64,000 bases of DNA from Amoebidium appalachense (GCA_963693365.1 CAVNZM010000006.1:8621355-8685354), one strand, 5' to 3'; shown: positions 12,577-27,642, counted from the stretch's first letter. Numbers and translations: made by a program. Notes: generated by a model from the letters alone, not told the origin.

Positions 12577-13500
12577 TGTTAAATTGTATAAGTATTTGGG
12601 ATGTAAGCAGAGACACAGTGGTGCAGTGTGAAAACACCACAGACACACACAACAAGAAAACACGGAACGATCGGAGCAGTGTACACAACAGACATCAATG
12701 TTTAGACACGACTAAACTGAATTTATTCTGATCTTCGAATAAATACCTGAAATTCCTCTAAGTCCAATCCATACATGATTTCCGACCAGTCGGAAATCAG
12801 ATCTATCTCTAATAGAAACCAATCACTAAGAACCAATTGCTTTCAGAGAGATCCGGTACGCGGAGACGCACACGATAGGACACAGACACTAGTTAAGGTC
12901 AACTTGTGTCATCATCAAGGAAGTTCTAACCTATGACATACTGCAAAGACTCAGACATATCACACTTAACCTTGATGATTGGTTAAAGCCCGGCAACTCA
13001 TGAAAACTAAAGTAAATTAATGAAGTCTAAACACACATGCTATTCTAAGTGTAGCCTAAGTGTGTTACCGTCCAATGAACACGTATTAAGTAACACAAAT
13101 CTACCTAACATATATTAGTAAAAAAGAAATACGATTATACACATGAAGACAAAGAGAGAAAGAAAAGAAAATGAGGAAGGAGAAAGAGAAGGAAAAGAGA
13201 GCACAGATCAACAAACAAGATAGCAATAGCATAACTATAACCAGAGATATTTATGTACACACGAACATGTACACGTCTCTCCCTGAGTGGGTGGATCCGT
13301 GTACACACATATAAATATTCTAATCGATATTACAACACACGATTAAAGCCGATACAAGACGATTACAAGTATACAAGAATATCGGAGATCGATGCTACAC
13401 TTTACGTAATAGGAGTGTAGCTTTTACACTAAGCATATGAACTGAAACATAACACAAACTGAGAAGATCTTACCATATGTAAATACTACGTATTACAACA
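12577..13500 (-). mobile_element. Solo LTR, family A, inside RT of its own family
   Basis: 924 bp, TSD AGTAG (12572-12576, 13501-13505); carries the copy 1 LTR variants. Confidence 0.95.
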
Positions 13501-15683
13501 AGTAGAACCCCGGGTGTTGGTGATGGTGGAGTCGTCGACGTAGTTACCAGCCCGAACCACATCGTTGTTGGGGAAGAACCGGAGGTAGATGCACGGGTCT
13601 GTCTTAGTACGGGTCAGGCCATGGGCAAGAAGAATGCCGTCGAGGAAGTCGTACCAAGCCTTGGAGGCTTGCTTGAGGCCGTACAGGGCTTTCTTGAGTC
13701 TCCAGACCTTGCCAAGTGTGGCCATGGTGATGAATCCCGGGGGTTGTTTCATGTAGATGGTCTCGGTGAGTGGGCTGTTGAGAAAGGCCGTAGACACGTC
13801 GAGTTGATGGATGTCATGACCTTCAACAACGGCCAGAGCTAGGATAGCACGGAGAGCAGCCGGACGGATGACAGGGCTCTCAATCAACTCATAGTCAACA
13901 CCGTATTGCTGACTGAAGCCTTGAGCAACACCACGGGCCTTGATCTTGGTGTCACCAGCCGAGTTGAGAGTTTTCTCGGAGACAATCCACTTGAAGCCGA
14001 CGATGTTAGCACCAGGGGGAGGGTCAACAAGTTCAAAGATGTCTTTGTCGACGAAGGCTTGATACTCAGCAGTGAGGGCTGACTTGACCTGGTCACCATT
14101 GGGTCCGGAACACAGTTGACGGACAAGTTTGGGTAGTTGGTCGATGTTGATGGGGGGACCGGGGGGGACTGGCAGGGTGGTGGTGGCTTTAAGTCCAACC
14201 TTGCCCTGTAGACGGGCAGAACGACGGGGTGCAGGAACCGGGGGAGGTGGAGACGGGGGGGGGGGGAACTTGGAAGTTCGGAATTGCAGGGGGGGCAACC
14301 TCCGGGCTGGACGGGGCCGAGTGGAAGTTGTCGGGGGAGCCGGGTCGGATGGGTGTGACGTTGCCAGGGGCAGGATGAGGGTCGGCAGGCTGGACGGGCA
14401 CGGGGGCAGGGGGGCCGGTGGGGGGGGGGTGTCGGGGGAACGACGATGGCAGGAGGGGGGCCAGAGTACACCAGACAAACATCATCTTCAGTGTCAACTG
14501 TGGGGGGTGGGGTGGTCGAGGTAGCAGTGGTGTCGGGGGTCGGAAGTGTTGATGGAATGTCGGACGGGAGATAAGCTGATTCGTCGAAAATCACATCACG
14601 GAAGAGGCCGACACGATGGGTGGTGGGGTTGAAGATCCGGTGGCAGTGTGATTGAAGATCATAGCCGATATACATGCCGAGTTTGACGGTGGGGGCCAGC
14701 TTGTTCCGTTTAGAGGCTGGCACATGAGTGTAGGCAGGGCAACCGAACACTTTGAGCTCGGAGATGTCGGGCTTGACACCGTAGAAAACCTCGAATGGTG
14801 TACGACCATTGGCAGTCGTGGACGGGGTGACGTTGATGATGTAGGCGGCATGTTGGAGGGCCTCAGCCCACAGCCTGTTTGGGGGACAGAGACTGATCTT
14901 GGACTTGATGGAGGAGGCAACGAACAATCTCTTGGAGGAACCGCATACGACGTTCAACATAGCCGTTCAGTTGAGGGCAGTCCACCGGAGCATAGCTGGC
15001 CTTGATGCCCTGGGAGAGGCAAAAAGCACGGGTAGCCTTGGAGGTGAACTCAGAGCCGGAGTCGAAGTGGTAGACACCAACTTTGGAGGGGGCATGGGTA
15101 GCAACGAGGTTGGTATGAGCTGTGAGAATGTCCAGGGTGGTTGTACGGTCGGCCATCGGGTAGATCTTGACGAGTCCGGAGGCACGGCAGACAGTGACGA
15201 GAGCAACCTTGGAACCTCCGTACGATGTTGTGGTAGGCTCAAACAAATCCCAATGCCATTCATGACCGGGGATGTTGGAGTGAGGACGGTCACCCTGGAA
15301 CGGAGCCTTGGTGGTTTTACCCATAATGCAGCCATGACAATCGGGAACATCACAGTCGAGGACAGACGAGGGGAGACCAATAACAAGGTCGTGTTTCACC
15401 ATGTCCTTGATGCTGGTCATAGCACGGTGCCCCAGACGATGGTGCCAGATGGATGGGTTAACACTGGCAGTGGCAGCCAGAGCCACAGGACGAGTGGGTG
15501 GTTGAATGGTGTAGTCCTTGAAGTAATACAGACCGTTGTGTAGACGGAGGTTGACGAGATGACGGCCGGTGAGTCGGTCGAAGAGGAATGACGGAGTGGA
15601 GGCATCATTCAAATCACCCTTGATGTATTCGGCAGCAGCTTGGGATGTTGAAATGAGGAAGGCTTGGCCAGACGGGGTGTAGT

Positions 15684-16621
<938 letters not shown>

Positions 16622-18377
16622 GTAGTAGGCTTCAATGGTAAGGGTGGCAGTGCCATGGTCGGTGGTGGTGTTGATGACGATATGGCCGGTGTGGGTGGCC
16701 AAGACGGGGGTGCCATTAAAGGCAGCAACGGGAGTCGGTGTCGGAAGGGGAGTGAGGTCATGGAAGAACTCACGGGTGGGGCAGACAGTCATGTTGCACC
16801 CGGAATCCCAGGCAGGGTCGGAGGACACGGGGACGGAGCTAGCATTGTATGCCGAGAAAGCAAAGGAGACAGATTTCTCACTGCCCTGACGGGAACGGTT
16901 GTGTCTGGACATACGGCATTTCGGCTCGGGGCAATCGATGATCGTGTGATCAGGCTCGTGGCAGTAGGAGCATGCTTTCACGGACGGGTTGTTAGAACGA
17001 GCCGGGGAATCAGAACGACGGGAACCCGAGAAACGGGAACGACTGGGGGAACGAGACGTGGACCGGAAGGCAGGCCGGTGGGGGGAACGGGATCGGGTGT
17101 GCTGACGGGAGAGACGAGTTCGGAGGTCCGTGCCAGGGGTACGGTCAAGTCGGTTGCGTAAGTCACGGCGAGGAAGATCACGGGGGGGAGCACTGGCATT
17201 TAATGCCATGCTGGACTTGGAGGCACGGTGGGCACGGTTGCTCCGGAGTTGCATCTTGAGGTCTTGACGTAGCTCGATGCCCTTGACGTGGTTGTGGAGG
17301 GACTCGAAGTCGGGGAATAGCTTATCACCGAAGTGATAGTCTTCGATAAGACGGTTGAACTCAGGGGTGAGGTCGTCTCTGGTGGTGAGTTCATTGAAGA
17401 ACTTCTCAGCTAGACGAGTGAAGTGAATGGACTCATCTTGGAGGGACTGGAGCTGGTTCACGATGGTCTGCAGACGACTCAGGTAGGTGGTGAATGATTC
17501 ACCGGGCTGAAGGGCACAGGCATCCCACTGACGGTGAAGGATGCGGATCTGATCGGGTTTGCCTTGGAGGTAGTGTTGACGGAATTTCCACATGGCCCGT
17601 TCAGGGTCCATGCCAATACGGTACTGGGCAACGGTGGTGAGGACGGAAGGGTCGATGTTCTGAATCATATGGAGCAGGAGGCAATTGCGGGCCTCCTTGA
17701 GTTCCGCGGTAGTGCCGTAGCCGTAGAAATGGGGTTCACCGTCAACCGCGACGGTGGTAGGGGGTGTTGCAGGCCAAAGTGTCGTCCAGGCCAAAGTGTC
17801 GTCACCTCTAATTAAAATCCAGGACGTCAAATTTGGCTGGTCTAGGGGGAATATCGGGCAGGCCAAAATGCACCCCCCCCCCCCCCTCCCTCCCCCCTCC
17901 CCCCTCCCCCCTACTACCCTGGGTGACATGGGGGGGGTCAGTGGGTTTGCATGACGTGGTGGGAGAAACTGTGTGTGCGTAATAAACAATCATTGTCGTG
18001 CCTATTGGCTTATGACATGTGTTGGGGAAAAAACCATGTCTACTGTTACCAGTTTTTTACGCTCTTGGTGCAAATGATGTGTTCGGGGGGGGGGGGGGGG
18101 GGGGGGGGGACGAGGGGGGGGGGGGGTGTTGCAGGCCAAAGTGTCGTCCAGGCCAAAGTGTCGTCATCTCTAATAAAAATCCAGGTCGTCAAATTTGACT
18201 GGTCTAGGGGGAATATCGGGCAGGCCAAAATGCACCCCCTCCCCCCCCCCCCTCCCCCCCCCTACTACCCTGGGTGACAGGGGGGTCAGAGGGTTTGTAT
18301 GACGTGGTGGGAGAAACACAGTGTGGGCGCGGGGGGAGGGAGGGGGGAGGGGGTATTAAAAAATCTTTGTCGTAACC

Positions 18378-18411
<34 letters not shown>

Positions 18412-19318
18412 TACTATCCCGGAAACAGGGAGGGAGTGCATGTAGGGGTGCAGGGGGGTCAGGGTTGCAAGAAAAGTGCTGACTTACGGCAAAAGCCCCT
18501 ACTATTCTCGCCTGACTAGCAGAGTGTACACACCACAACTAACACGTACCTGGGCACACATGCATATGAATGAGAGTATACGTGGGTGATCAGGCCACTA
18601 AACTAACAGACATAAACACGTGCAGAGTGGTGCTGGGCAATGCACGATGCCACAGCACTAACAGAGAGGGTAGTGTGGAGAGGTAGAAATATAGTTGCAT
18701 GTTCTGTCAATCTACGTCTAATTTATTATGCTCGATTCTCACCTATTTATCTGCCGCAGGCAGATTCCATGAATACAGATCTATCCAAAGGTATTTGCGC
18801 ATCTGATTGGCAAATACTATGAATACTATAAATCTGACCAATCATATAACGACACGTACATGAACGGAAATTAAACTGCATTCCCCTCATACGGTCCAAT
18901 CGCAGACAAAACACCCGACTACACAGAAAACATGAAAAGCATGCACAACAATCGTCGGATGCGTGCTTTCCTCTCGCGATCGCCAATAGCTAAACAAACT
19001 ATGAATACCACACGTGCCTAATGAATAACAGAGGGCAAACAAGAGCATGCCGGACATGCTTATGAAATAAAGGGAGATAAAGCACAAATAAACGATCGTA
19101 CCTAACTATGTATGCTATGTGCTCGTGCAACCTGTGTAAACCAAAGATGTGCAACTAATGAAGAATCGTGCTGTGCACGTGCGTGCGAAATGCATATGCC
19201 AACTCGTGCACTATTGTTGTATATTCTGGCAAGGGTGTGTATATGTGGTTGGAGAAACACAGCGTGTGCACGGACCTGCACGGTCTGGCCTAGATGGCAA
19301 AATTGTCCTCCCCCCCCC

Positions 19319-20999
19319 CCCAGCGAAAAAAGATGCGAATCTGTGTCCCGATTAAACCCTGATCACCATATGAGAATCGGGGCAAAATCGGGAAACCCGA
19401 TTCGTAATTAGCGACGTGATCGGGATGAAATTAGCCTGATTACACCCCGATTTCTTGATACCGATCACACCCTGATTCGCAAAAAAAATCCCGATCACGC
19501 CCGTGACCGGGACACCCCGATTCCTTCCCGACCTGCCCTATACCTCCTTCCTGCCCTTTCGATACTGGAACTTAACCCAAAGTTAAGTACAAAAGAAGAC
19601 AACCGCAAGAAAGCTGAAGTACACCGTGACTAGCTCGCGCCTTTACTTTGTTACTCGTACCACACACAGTGTGATGTCAAGTCATGTTCTTCGTCATCTG
19701 ATTCACCCACAGTGTGATGCAAGGTGTGATGCCTGGAGCCTGGAACAGCCCAACAACGGCTATTCAGCTGGGTAGAAAGCATTCACAATATATACAAAAG
19801 CAGACAGAAGGGTTTGGCACACAGAACCCTAGTATGAGCAACACCAGGTTGCAAGCATGAAGATACTATAGCTAAGTAGTCGTGGGGAGCCATAGAAGTA
19901 TATAGCTAGGTTAGCAAACCGTTCACCTGCACACCTATGTGCACGTGTGTTTGAACCCTTTATTCTAACACAGATAATGGACTGTGTTTCGACTCTTCAA
20001 GTTAATTTGAGTACCAGTAGGTGTGGAGCGATACAGTCAGTCAACTACACAACATCCATCTCAGGCTTGCCCCTATACTTCACCTTGGCTTACCTGTTAC
20101 TGCCTGTTAGAGCCGCTCACAAAACTCGAACTTGGCAAAGTCACAGTAGCAGGTTCAAGGACCTGCGATGGGGAAGAGACTTTCAGAACCTACTAGGGGT
20201 ACGGTGTTATATAAGGCCAAAAAGGAGACAACACAACGTGGCCTTCTCTGTAATACTGATGCAGCATAGATTGCAAGAAGTATAAACTAATAACAGAGCA
20301 ACAAACTTTGAAGGCTCGAGGATATACAGATGCCTATGCACGGCTGGACGTGGACGCCCAAGTTCGACCAAGGCAAGCGCAGAAGCGCTTACAAATTTAG
20401 GTTGTATCCTTCTTGCCGTGTGACCTCACAAGACAAAAGCCTAGTATGTAAGTCAGAGGGTTCGTGAAGATGAGGTTCTAAAAAAAAACTCACCTTGCCT
20501 GTGGCGCATACAGTAGCTCCGTTTTTCCAGACTCAAACTCCTGCCTGCCCAAAAACAATATGCTTAAAAACACCAACTACTATTCTACGCAGTCTTGGGC
20601 CACGGCCCACTGCTGTGTATGCAAGTTGTAGATGGAGCCGCAGCAATCTCACCAAACACAAGACAAAAGCGAATGCGTGCAAGCGAGTTTAGAGTCGCCT
20701 GTTTCTTTACACCAAAACTTGCCAACGGTTGCCTTTGACGACCAGCTGCTGTCTAGGAATCTTTGCTACTAATGCGCGCGAGTGGTTGCACTTGACCGAT
20801 ACTTGCAAGTCTTTTTCTTGTTTGGTGTGACCGTTAGGCCGCACATGGCATCAGGACGGGTCAAATTTGCGTAGTCAGGAAGAATTCCGGACGAAATCGG
20901 GAATATATTTAGACCTCATTACAGTCTACCAATCAGAATAGCTGGCTTAATTCGTGATCGGGGATCATCGGGAGCCGGATTCGCACTTTTTCAACTGTG
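19319..20999. mobile_element. Non-autonomous TIR element with CCCAG...CTGTG ends (EnSpm/CACTA-like)
   Basis: Imperfect TIR CAGCGAAAAAAGATGCGAATCTGTGTCCCGAT versus CAGTTGAAAAAGTGCGAATCCGGCTCCCGAT, clustered subterminal CCCGAT/ATCGGG motifs at both ends, poly-C on both flanks. Confidence 0.65.
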
Positions 21000-21543
21000 C
21001 CCCCCCCCCCCCCCCCCCCCCCGCCTCCCCCCCCCCCCCCCCAGAAAACAGGGAGGGGGTACATGGGTGGTAATTTACAAATGTAAGGTTTACGCTGTGT
21101 TTTATGGTGTGTGTGTGTCATTCCACACACACACATACATCAGTGTAAGCGCATCCAAGCACGACATTATCATACTCTTGTGACAATGGATAGACTATGT
21201 CCAATCATGTTATTGTATCGTGTGTGTGTGCACTGCACACAAGCTTCAATGTGTCAAAATAAACCACACCCAGACTTGTTATTGTATCGTGTGTGTATGC
21301 ACTGCACGCTGTTCAGGAGGGTACCACCTGGACAGCGCGGTTAAAGCGGGATAGCTGCTCCAATAATTCTGGGTCTCATTCACAGACTAAACAGATACAA
21401 TTTTAAAGTCCATACTATTAGTACATCATACGTACAAGAAACACTAACGAACCAACAATTCAAGCAAACAAATCGTTAATCAATGGTGCATACGTTTAAG
21501 TATTCAATCGTGGAAAACTCACATAGCAACACACCCAACTTAC

Positions 21544-21830
21544 CCATTGACGACGGACTCCATCTTCTTGCCTGAGTGGACGGGACGGACCAAGACCCAA
21601 CTGTTCCACCCCCCAAAACGGAAACTCGACAACGGTGCCCAACCTTTGAAAACAATCCGCAAATTTAGGGAAGCCTTCGCTTTGGCTTCCTTGTCAAACA
21701 CAATGGGGTCGATATCCGTTGGGCCGCGCTGGGACAGACACCTTGGCTCAACAATCTTGGAAGGGCGCTTGATATCATCGAAGGAAATATCAAAAATAGA
21801 CCGAACCAACGTGGGAAGGTGGGACGCCAT
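21544..21830 (-). other. Probable isolated coding exon, product unknown
   Basis: Open frame MASHLPTLVRS...ESVVN bounded by a TTTTTTTGCAG acceptor and a GTAAGT donor. Confidence 0.5.
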
Positions 21831-21872
21831 CTGCAAAAAAATATATATAAAAATGAATACGCTTAGTTACAA

Positions 21873-24800
21873 TGCGAATATTATATTATCCGGAATATCA
21901 AACCCCCCAAGCGAATATAATATTCGCTCGGATCCTGATTATCCAACCAATCGATCCGAGCGAATATTATATTCGCTTATACGAGCGAATATTATATTCG
22001 CTTGGGGGTTGTAATCAGGATGCGAGCGAATATAGTATTTGCTCGCATCCTGATTATCCAAACCCCCAAGCAAATATTGTATTCGCTTGGATCCTGATTA
22101 CCCCAACAATCGATCCGAGCGAATATTTTATTCGCTTATACGCCCCAAGCGAATATAATATTCGCTCGCATCCTGATTATCCATCCCCCCAGGCGAATAT
22201 AATATTCTCGCATCCTGATTATCCATCCCCCCAGGCGAATATATTATTCGCTCGCATCCTGATTATCCAACCCACCAAGCGAATATTATATTCGCTCGGA
22301 TCCTGATTATCCAAACAATCAATCCGAGCGAATATTATATTCGCTTATACGCCCCAAAGCAAATATAATATTCGCTCGCATCCTGATTATCCAACCCCCC
22401 AGGCGAATATAATAATCGCTCGCATCCTGATTATCCATCCCCCCAGGCGAATATAATATTCGCTCGCATCCTGATTATCCAACCTGGATCCTGATTATCC
22501 AAACAATCAATCCGAGCGAATATTATATTCGCTTATACGCCCCAAAGCGAATATAATATTCGCTCGCATCCTGATTATCCAACCCCCCAGGCGAATATAA
22601 TAATCGCTCGCATCCTGATTATCCATCCCCCCAGGCGAATATAATATTCGCTCGCATCCTGATTATCCAACCTGGATCCTGATTATCCAAACAATCAATC
22701 TGAGCGAATATTATATTCGCTTATACGCCCCAAGCGAATATAACATTCGCTCGCATCCTGATTATACATCCCCCCAGGCGAATATAATATTCGCTCGCAT
22801 CCTGATTATCCATCCCCCCAGGCGAATATAATATTCGCTCGCATCCTGATTATCCAACCCCCCAAGCGAATATTATATTCGCTCGGATCCTGATTATCCA
22901 AACAATCAATCCGAGCGAATATTATATTCACTTATACGCCCCAAGCGAATAAAATATTCGCTCGCATCCTGATTATCCATGCCCCCAGGCGAATATAATA
23001 TTCGCTCGCATCCTGATTATCCATTCCCCATGCGAATATAATATTCGCTCGCATCCTGAGTATCCAACCCCCAAGCGAATATAATATTCGCTCGCATCCT
23101 GATTATCCATCCCCCCAGGCGAATATATATATATAAAAATAAAAATAAAAAATGCTCGGATCCATATTATCCAACCCCCAAGCGAATATAATATTCGCTC
23201 GGATCCTGAGTATCCAACCCCCAAGCGAATATAATATTCGCTCGGATCCTGATTATCCAAACCCCAAGCGAATATAATATTCGCTCGGATCCAGTGTATT
23301 CAACCCCCAAGCGAATATAATGTCATGTGCTGAGCTGATTCGTATGAGTTTGCTTCTATATTTTGTGTTTCGGTGAGTGAATTTCGGGGGTTTTCTTGCA
23401 TAGTGATGCCGGGGTCTAAGTATGAGGAGATTAATCAGTGGTATGGGGAGATTCTGATGCAGCGGCGGCTGATTGTTTGGGGCGCGCGCGTGCATGCCCC
23501 ATGCCTCTGCGTACTCTCCATGTTAAATGTTGTATTGCTTCTTGCTGTGTGCTTGGCGAGACCCATGTTGCCTGCTCGCGTGTGGGTATGCTTATATGTA
23601 TTGTGAGTAAACGTGTGTACGTGTTGTAGTGCTGTAGGGGTGTCTGAGGTGGCGGTAGCCAATGGTGTGGAGCGCGTGTAGTCTGTGGGGGAGGGAGTGT
23701 TGTGATTGGCTGAATGTCACTGTGGTATTTGTCTGGCCAGTGGGCCGCGTGTCTGTGAAGTGTCTCGCGGGGTCGCGGGCTTTTGGAAGTTCTTCTAAGA
23801 ACACAAAAAGCGCGCTTCCCACCCAACTCAAAGAAAAGGTTATACGTATACACGGTTTCAAGCCCCTTTAAGCGTGCAGATAGTTAGAGTAGTTCGTGTA
23901 TACGCAAGGGCGTGGCACGACATATAATATTCGCTCGCATCCTGATTATCCATCCCCCAAGGCGAATAAAAAAAAAGAAACTCGGATCCTGATTATCCAA
24001 CCCCCAAGCGAATATAATATTCGCTCGGATCCTGAGTATCCAACCCCCAGGCGAATATTAAAAAAGAAAAAAAGAAAAAAAATGCTCGGATCCTGAGCAT
24101 CCAACCCCCAAGCGAATATAATATTCGCTCGGATCCTGAGTATCCAACCCCCAAGCGAATATAATATTCGCTCGGATCTTGATTATCCAACCCCCAAACG
24201 AATATAATATTCGCTCGGATCCTGATTAACCATCCCCCAAGGCGGAAAAAAAAAAAAAATGCTCGGATCCATATTATCCAGCCCCCACGCGAATATAATA
24301 TTCGCTCGGATCCTGAGCATCCAACCCCCAAGCGAATATAATATTCGCTCGGATTTTGATTATCCAACCCCCAAACGAATATAATATTCGCTCGGATCCT
24401 GAGTATCCAACCCCCAATCGAATATAATATTCGCTCGCACCCTGAGTATCCAACCCCCAAGCGAATATAATATTCGCTCGGATCCTGAGCATCCAACCCC
24501 CAAGCGAATATAACACTGGCTCGCATCCTGCTTATCCATCCCCCAGGCGAATATATTAATATATATATATATATATACTCGGATCCTGATTATCCAACCC
24601 CCAAGCGAATATAATATTCGCTCGGATCCTGAGTATCCAAACCATCCGCCCAGGTGAATAAAAAAAAATATATATATATTTGCTCGGATCCTGATTGTCC
24701 AACCCCCAAGCGAATATAATGTTCGCTCGGATCCTGAGTATCCAACCCCCAAGCGAATATAACATTCGCTCGCATCCTGATTATCCATCCCCCCAGGTGA

Positions 24801-25162
24801 ATATAATAATAATAATAATAATAAAATAATAATAAAAAATGCTCGGATCCTGATTATTCAACCCCCAAGCGAATATAATATTCGCTCGGATCCTGAGTAT
24901 CCAATCCCCAAGCGAACATAATATTCGCTCGCATCCTGATTATCCATCCCCCCAGGCGAATATAATATTCGCTCGCATCCTGATTATCCATCCCCCCAGG
25001 CGAATAAAAAAAATATATATATATATATATGTGATATATAAATTTGCTCGGATCCTGATTATCCAACCCCCAAGCGAATTTAATATTCGCTGGGATCCTG
25101 AGTATCCAACCCCCAAGCGAATATAATATTCGCTCGCATCCTGATTATCCATCCCCCCAGGC

Positions 25163-25247
<85 letters not shown>

Positions 25248-25322
25248 ACTCGGATCCTGATTATCCAACCCCCAAGCGAATATAATATTCGCTCGCATCC
25301 TGATTATCCATCCCCCCAGGCG

Positions 25323-25356
<34 letters not shown>

Positions 25357-25731
25357 ACTCGGATCCTGATTATCCAACCCCCAAGCGAATATAATATTCG
25401 CTCGGATCCTGAGTATCAACCCCCAGGCGAATATAATATTCGCTCGCATCCTGATTATCCATCCATCCCCCCAGGCGAAAAAAAAAAAAAAAAAAAAAAA
25501 AAAATCGCTCGCATCATGATTATCCATCCCCCCAGGCGAATATAATATTCGCTCGCATCCTGATTATCCATCCCCCCAGGCGAATATATATAAATAAATA
25601 AAAAAGAAAAGAATTTTTTTTTTTCCTCGGATCCTGATTATCCAACCCCCAAGAGAATATGATATTCGCTCGGAACCTGAGTATCCAACCCCCAGGCGAA
25701 TATAATATTCGCTCGCATCCTGATTATCCAT
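21873..25731. repeat. About 43-bp palindrome-containing tandem minisatellite (roughly 70 units, estimated)
   Basis: Unit CCAACCCCCAAGCGAATATAATATTCGCTCGGATCCTGATTAT containing the 19-bp dyad AGCGAATAT-A-ATATTCGCT. Confidence 0.95.
23321..23922. mobile_element. Solo LTR, family D, in the centre of a palindrome unit
   Basis: TGTCATG...CACGACA, 602 bp, TSD TATAA (23316-23320, 23923-23927). Confidence 0.85.
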
Positions 25732-25747
25732 CTAAACCTAAACCCTA

Positions 25748-27642
25748 TCTGTCGCATCCGGCAGGTACACCAGTGCGCTCTGAGCCAGAACACAACACAG
25801 GGTCGTCGGATCCTGCTTCGCCAATATCGTCGTCGGGTTTTACTAGTGCAGGTGACGGTGTCGCCAGTCCCATCAACCAATGATTGCAACCCTTGCCCAC
25901 TGTGCCCACAATCCCCGTCTCTCTCCGCTCAAAATGGCCCGGGAATGTCAGTGAGTCTGTGTTTACACACTATGTACTGCAACAGCGCAGACCCAGTTTA
26001 TGACGTCACCCCCGTGCCGATGGATGCTTTCTCATTCAACCGCAACGACACCTTTGGTTTCCGTCCAAGATTTTCATGGGAAATGGATTTCTGTTTCATC
26101 ATCACTCGCATTGGACGGAATAAACTGTGGGCTGATAAAATCCAACGTGCCACCCGTACATCTTAAGCCAACCGGACTGGACGTTTGGGACCGGATGATT
26201 GCTGCCTTAAAGCACCGCGAAAAGCATACAGCAAATATCCGGGCCATTGCTCATCGTCTGGCACGGGTGTGGAAGGTAACACGATTCAGGATTGGGGACA
26301 TAAATTCAACGGGCAAGTTGTTTGACGCGCTTCAATGTGACATTAGCGGTTCGGATTACCTCACGGGTGTCCCGCTGGATGGGTCTAGTCGTTCGCTATT
26401 CCGAGACAACGTGGTACCCCCTCACGTGACAATCATAACCGCTACATGCGTTAAATGCACTGGCGTGTCTACGCGTGTGTTGTGTTCCATCGATGCCGAG
26501 CTTCGCACCCGGCTTCGCCGTGAAAGGATGGACCACAAGGAGATTTACATTGTCAATCCCATAGAAAACATAGCGGGTACCCATTTCTTCGATGGCGACT
26601 GCACTGAATATGGCAGGGAATTTCAAAGCCCAACCTCGGTTTGCACAACGTGCAATTCCAAGGGTACGGTGCGGGGCAACGTTTTAATACTTCCTAGTCC
26701 TTGCTGCCTGTTCATGTCATGAATTGCGCGAACTTTATGGGGCGCCAATACCATCTTGCCTACATTGGTCTTCACAAATCAGGTCACTTTTTCGGTGTGG
26801 CACCCGCATTCACGTGGAAAAATGGGAGGCCATATCATCTCCACTGCGACGGTTTCGGAATGACCACTGAAAAACCAGACACTGAGCTATGGGAGAGCAA
26901 CACGGGACCTACCAATATCTCTGTCCAAATGTCTCGGGAAGGTGGCGAATGCGAAGGCTGGTGCCCATTATATGTTAAGTTGAATTGGGCACGCATTAAG
27001 GATGTGTAAAATTGTATAAGTATTTGGGACGGAAGCAGAGACACAGTGGTGCAGTGTGAAAACACCACAGACACACAACAACAAAAAACGGAACGATCGG
27101 AGCAGTGTACACAACAGACATCAATGTTTAGACACGACTGAACTCAATTTATTTTGATCTCGCATAAATACCTGAAATTCCCTTAAGTCAAATCCATACA
27201 CGATTTCCGACCAGTCGGAAATCAGATCTATGTCTAAAATAATTAATCACAATTAACTGATTATTTCCCGGATAGATCCGGAGACACAGGTTGAACGGGC
27301 ACACCATAGGTCACAGCTCTAAGACAGTAATGAGGTAAAAAGTAACGAGGAAAGAGGTGATGTTTAAAACCTATCACCGGCTACACAAAACGATTACAAG
27401 TACTCAAACACACTGGAGATCGATGTCATAATTTACGTACAAGGAGCACATCTTTTACACGAAGTAAACTTGATGAACGAAAACATAACACGAACTGAGA
27501 AGATCTTACAATATGTAGATACTACGTATTACAACAGGATGTGCATCTCAACTTCATGGTGTATGTGCCGGCCCAGGAACCACTGGTAGGCGTGGGCTCC
27601 CGCAAACTGACGTATGCAAAGTCAACTGTGGATGTAGTGTAG
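25748..27642 (+). pseudogene. Degraded paralogue of the protease half of the chromodomain-protease gene
   Basis: Highly similar to the reverse complement of 29231-30742; frameshifts, an internal deletion and a solo LTR insertion. Confidence 0.9.
27005..27536 (-). mobile_element. Solo LTR, short diverged relative of family A
   Basis: 532 bp; both ends match LTR A while the middle differs; TSD GGATG (27000-27004, 27537-27541). Confidence 0.9.

Noticed and set aside
11651-12688. Signal-peptide-like N-terminus fused to RNase H
   Set aside because: Chance read-through from the solo LTR end into the interrupted pol.
21872-25527. Numerous ORFs with SEYYIRLG / RANIIFAWG repeats
   Set aside because: Translations of a 43-bp repeat whose length is not a multiple of three; frequent stops.
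21873-25731. CRISPR-like array (palindromic repeats with variable inserts)
   Set aside because: Most units are directly adjacent, the inserts are low-complexity A/T tracts rather than unique spacers, no cas genes are present, and the context is eukaryotic.
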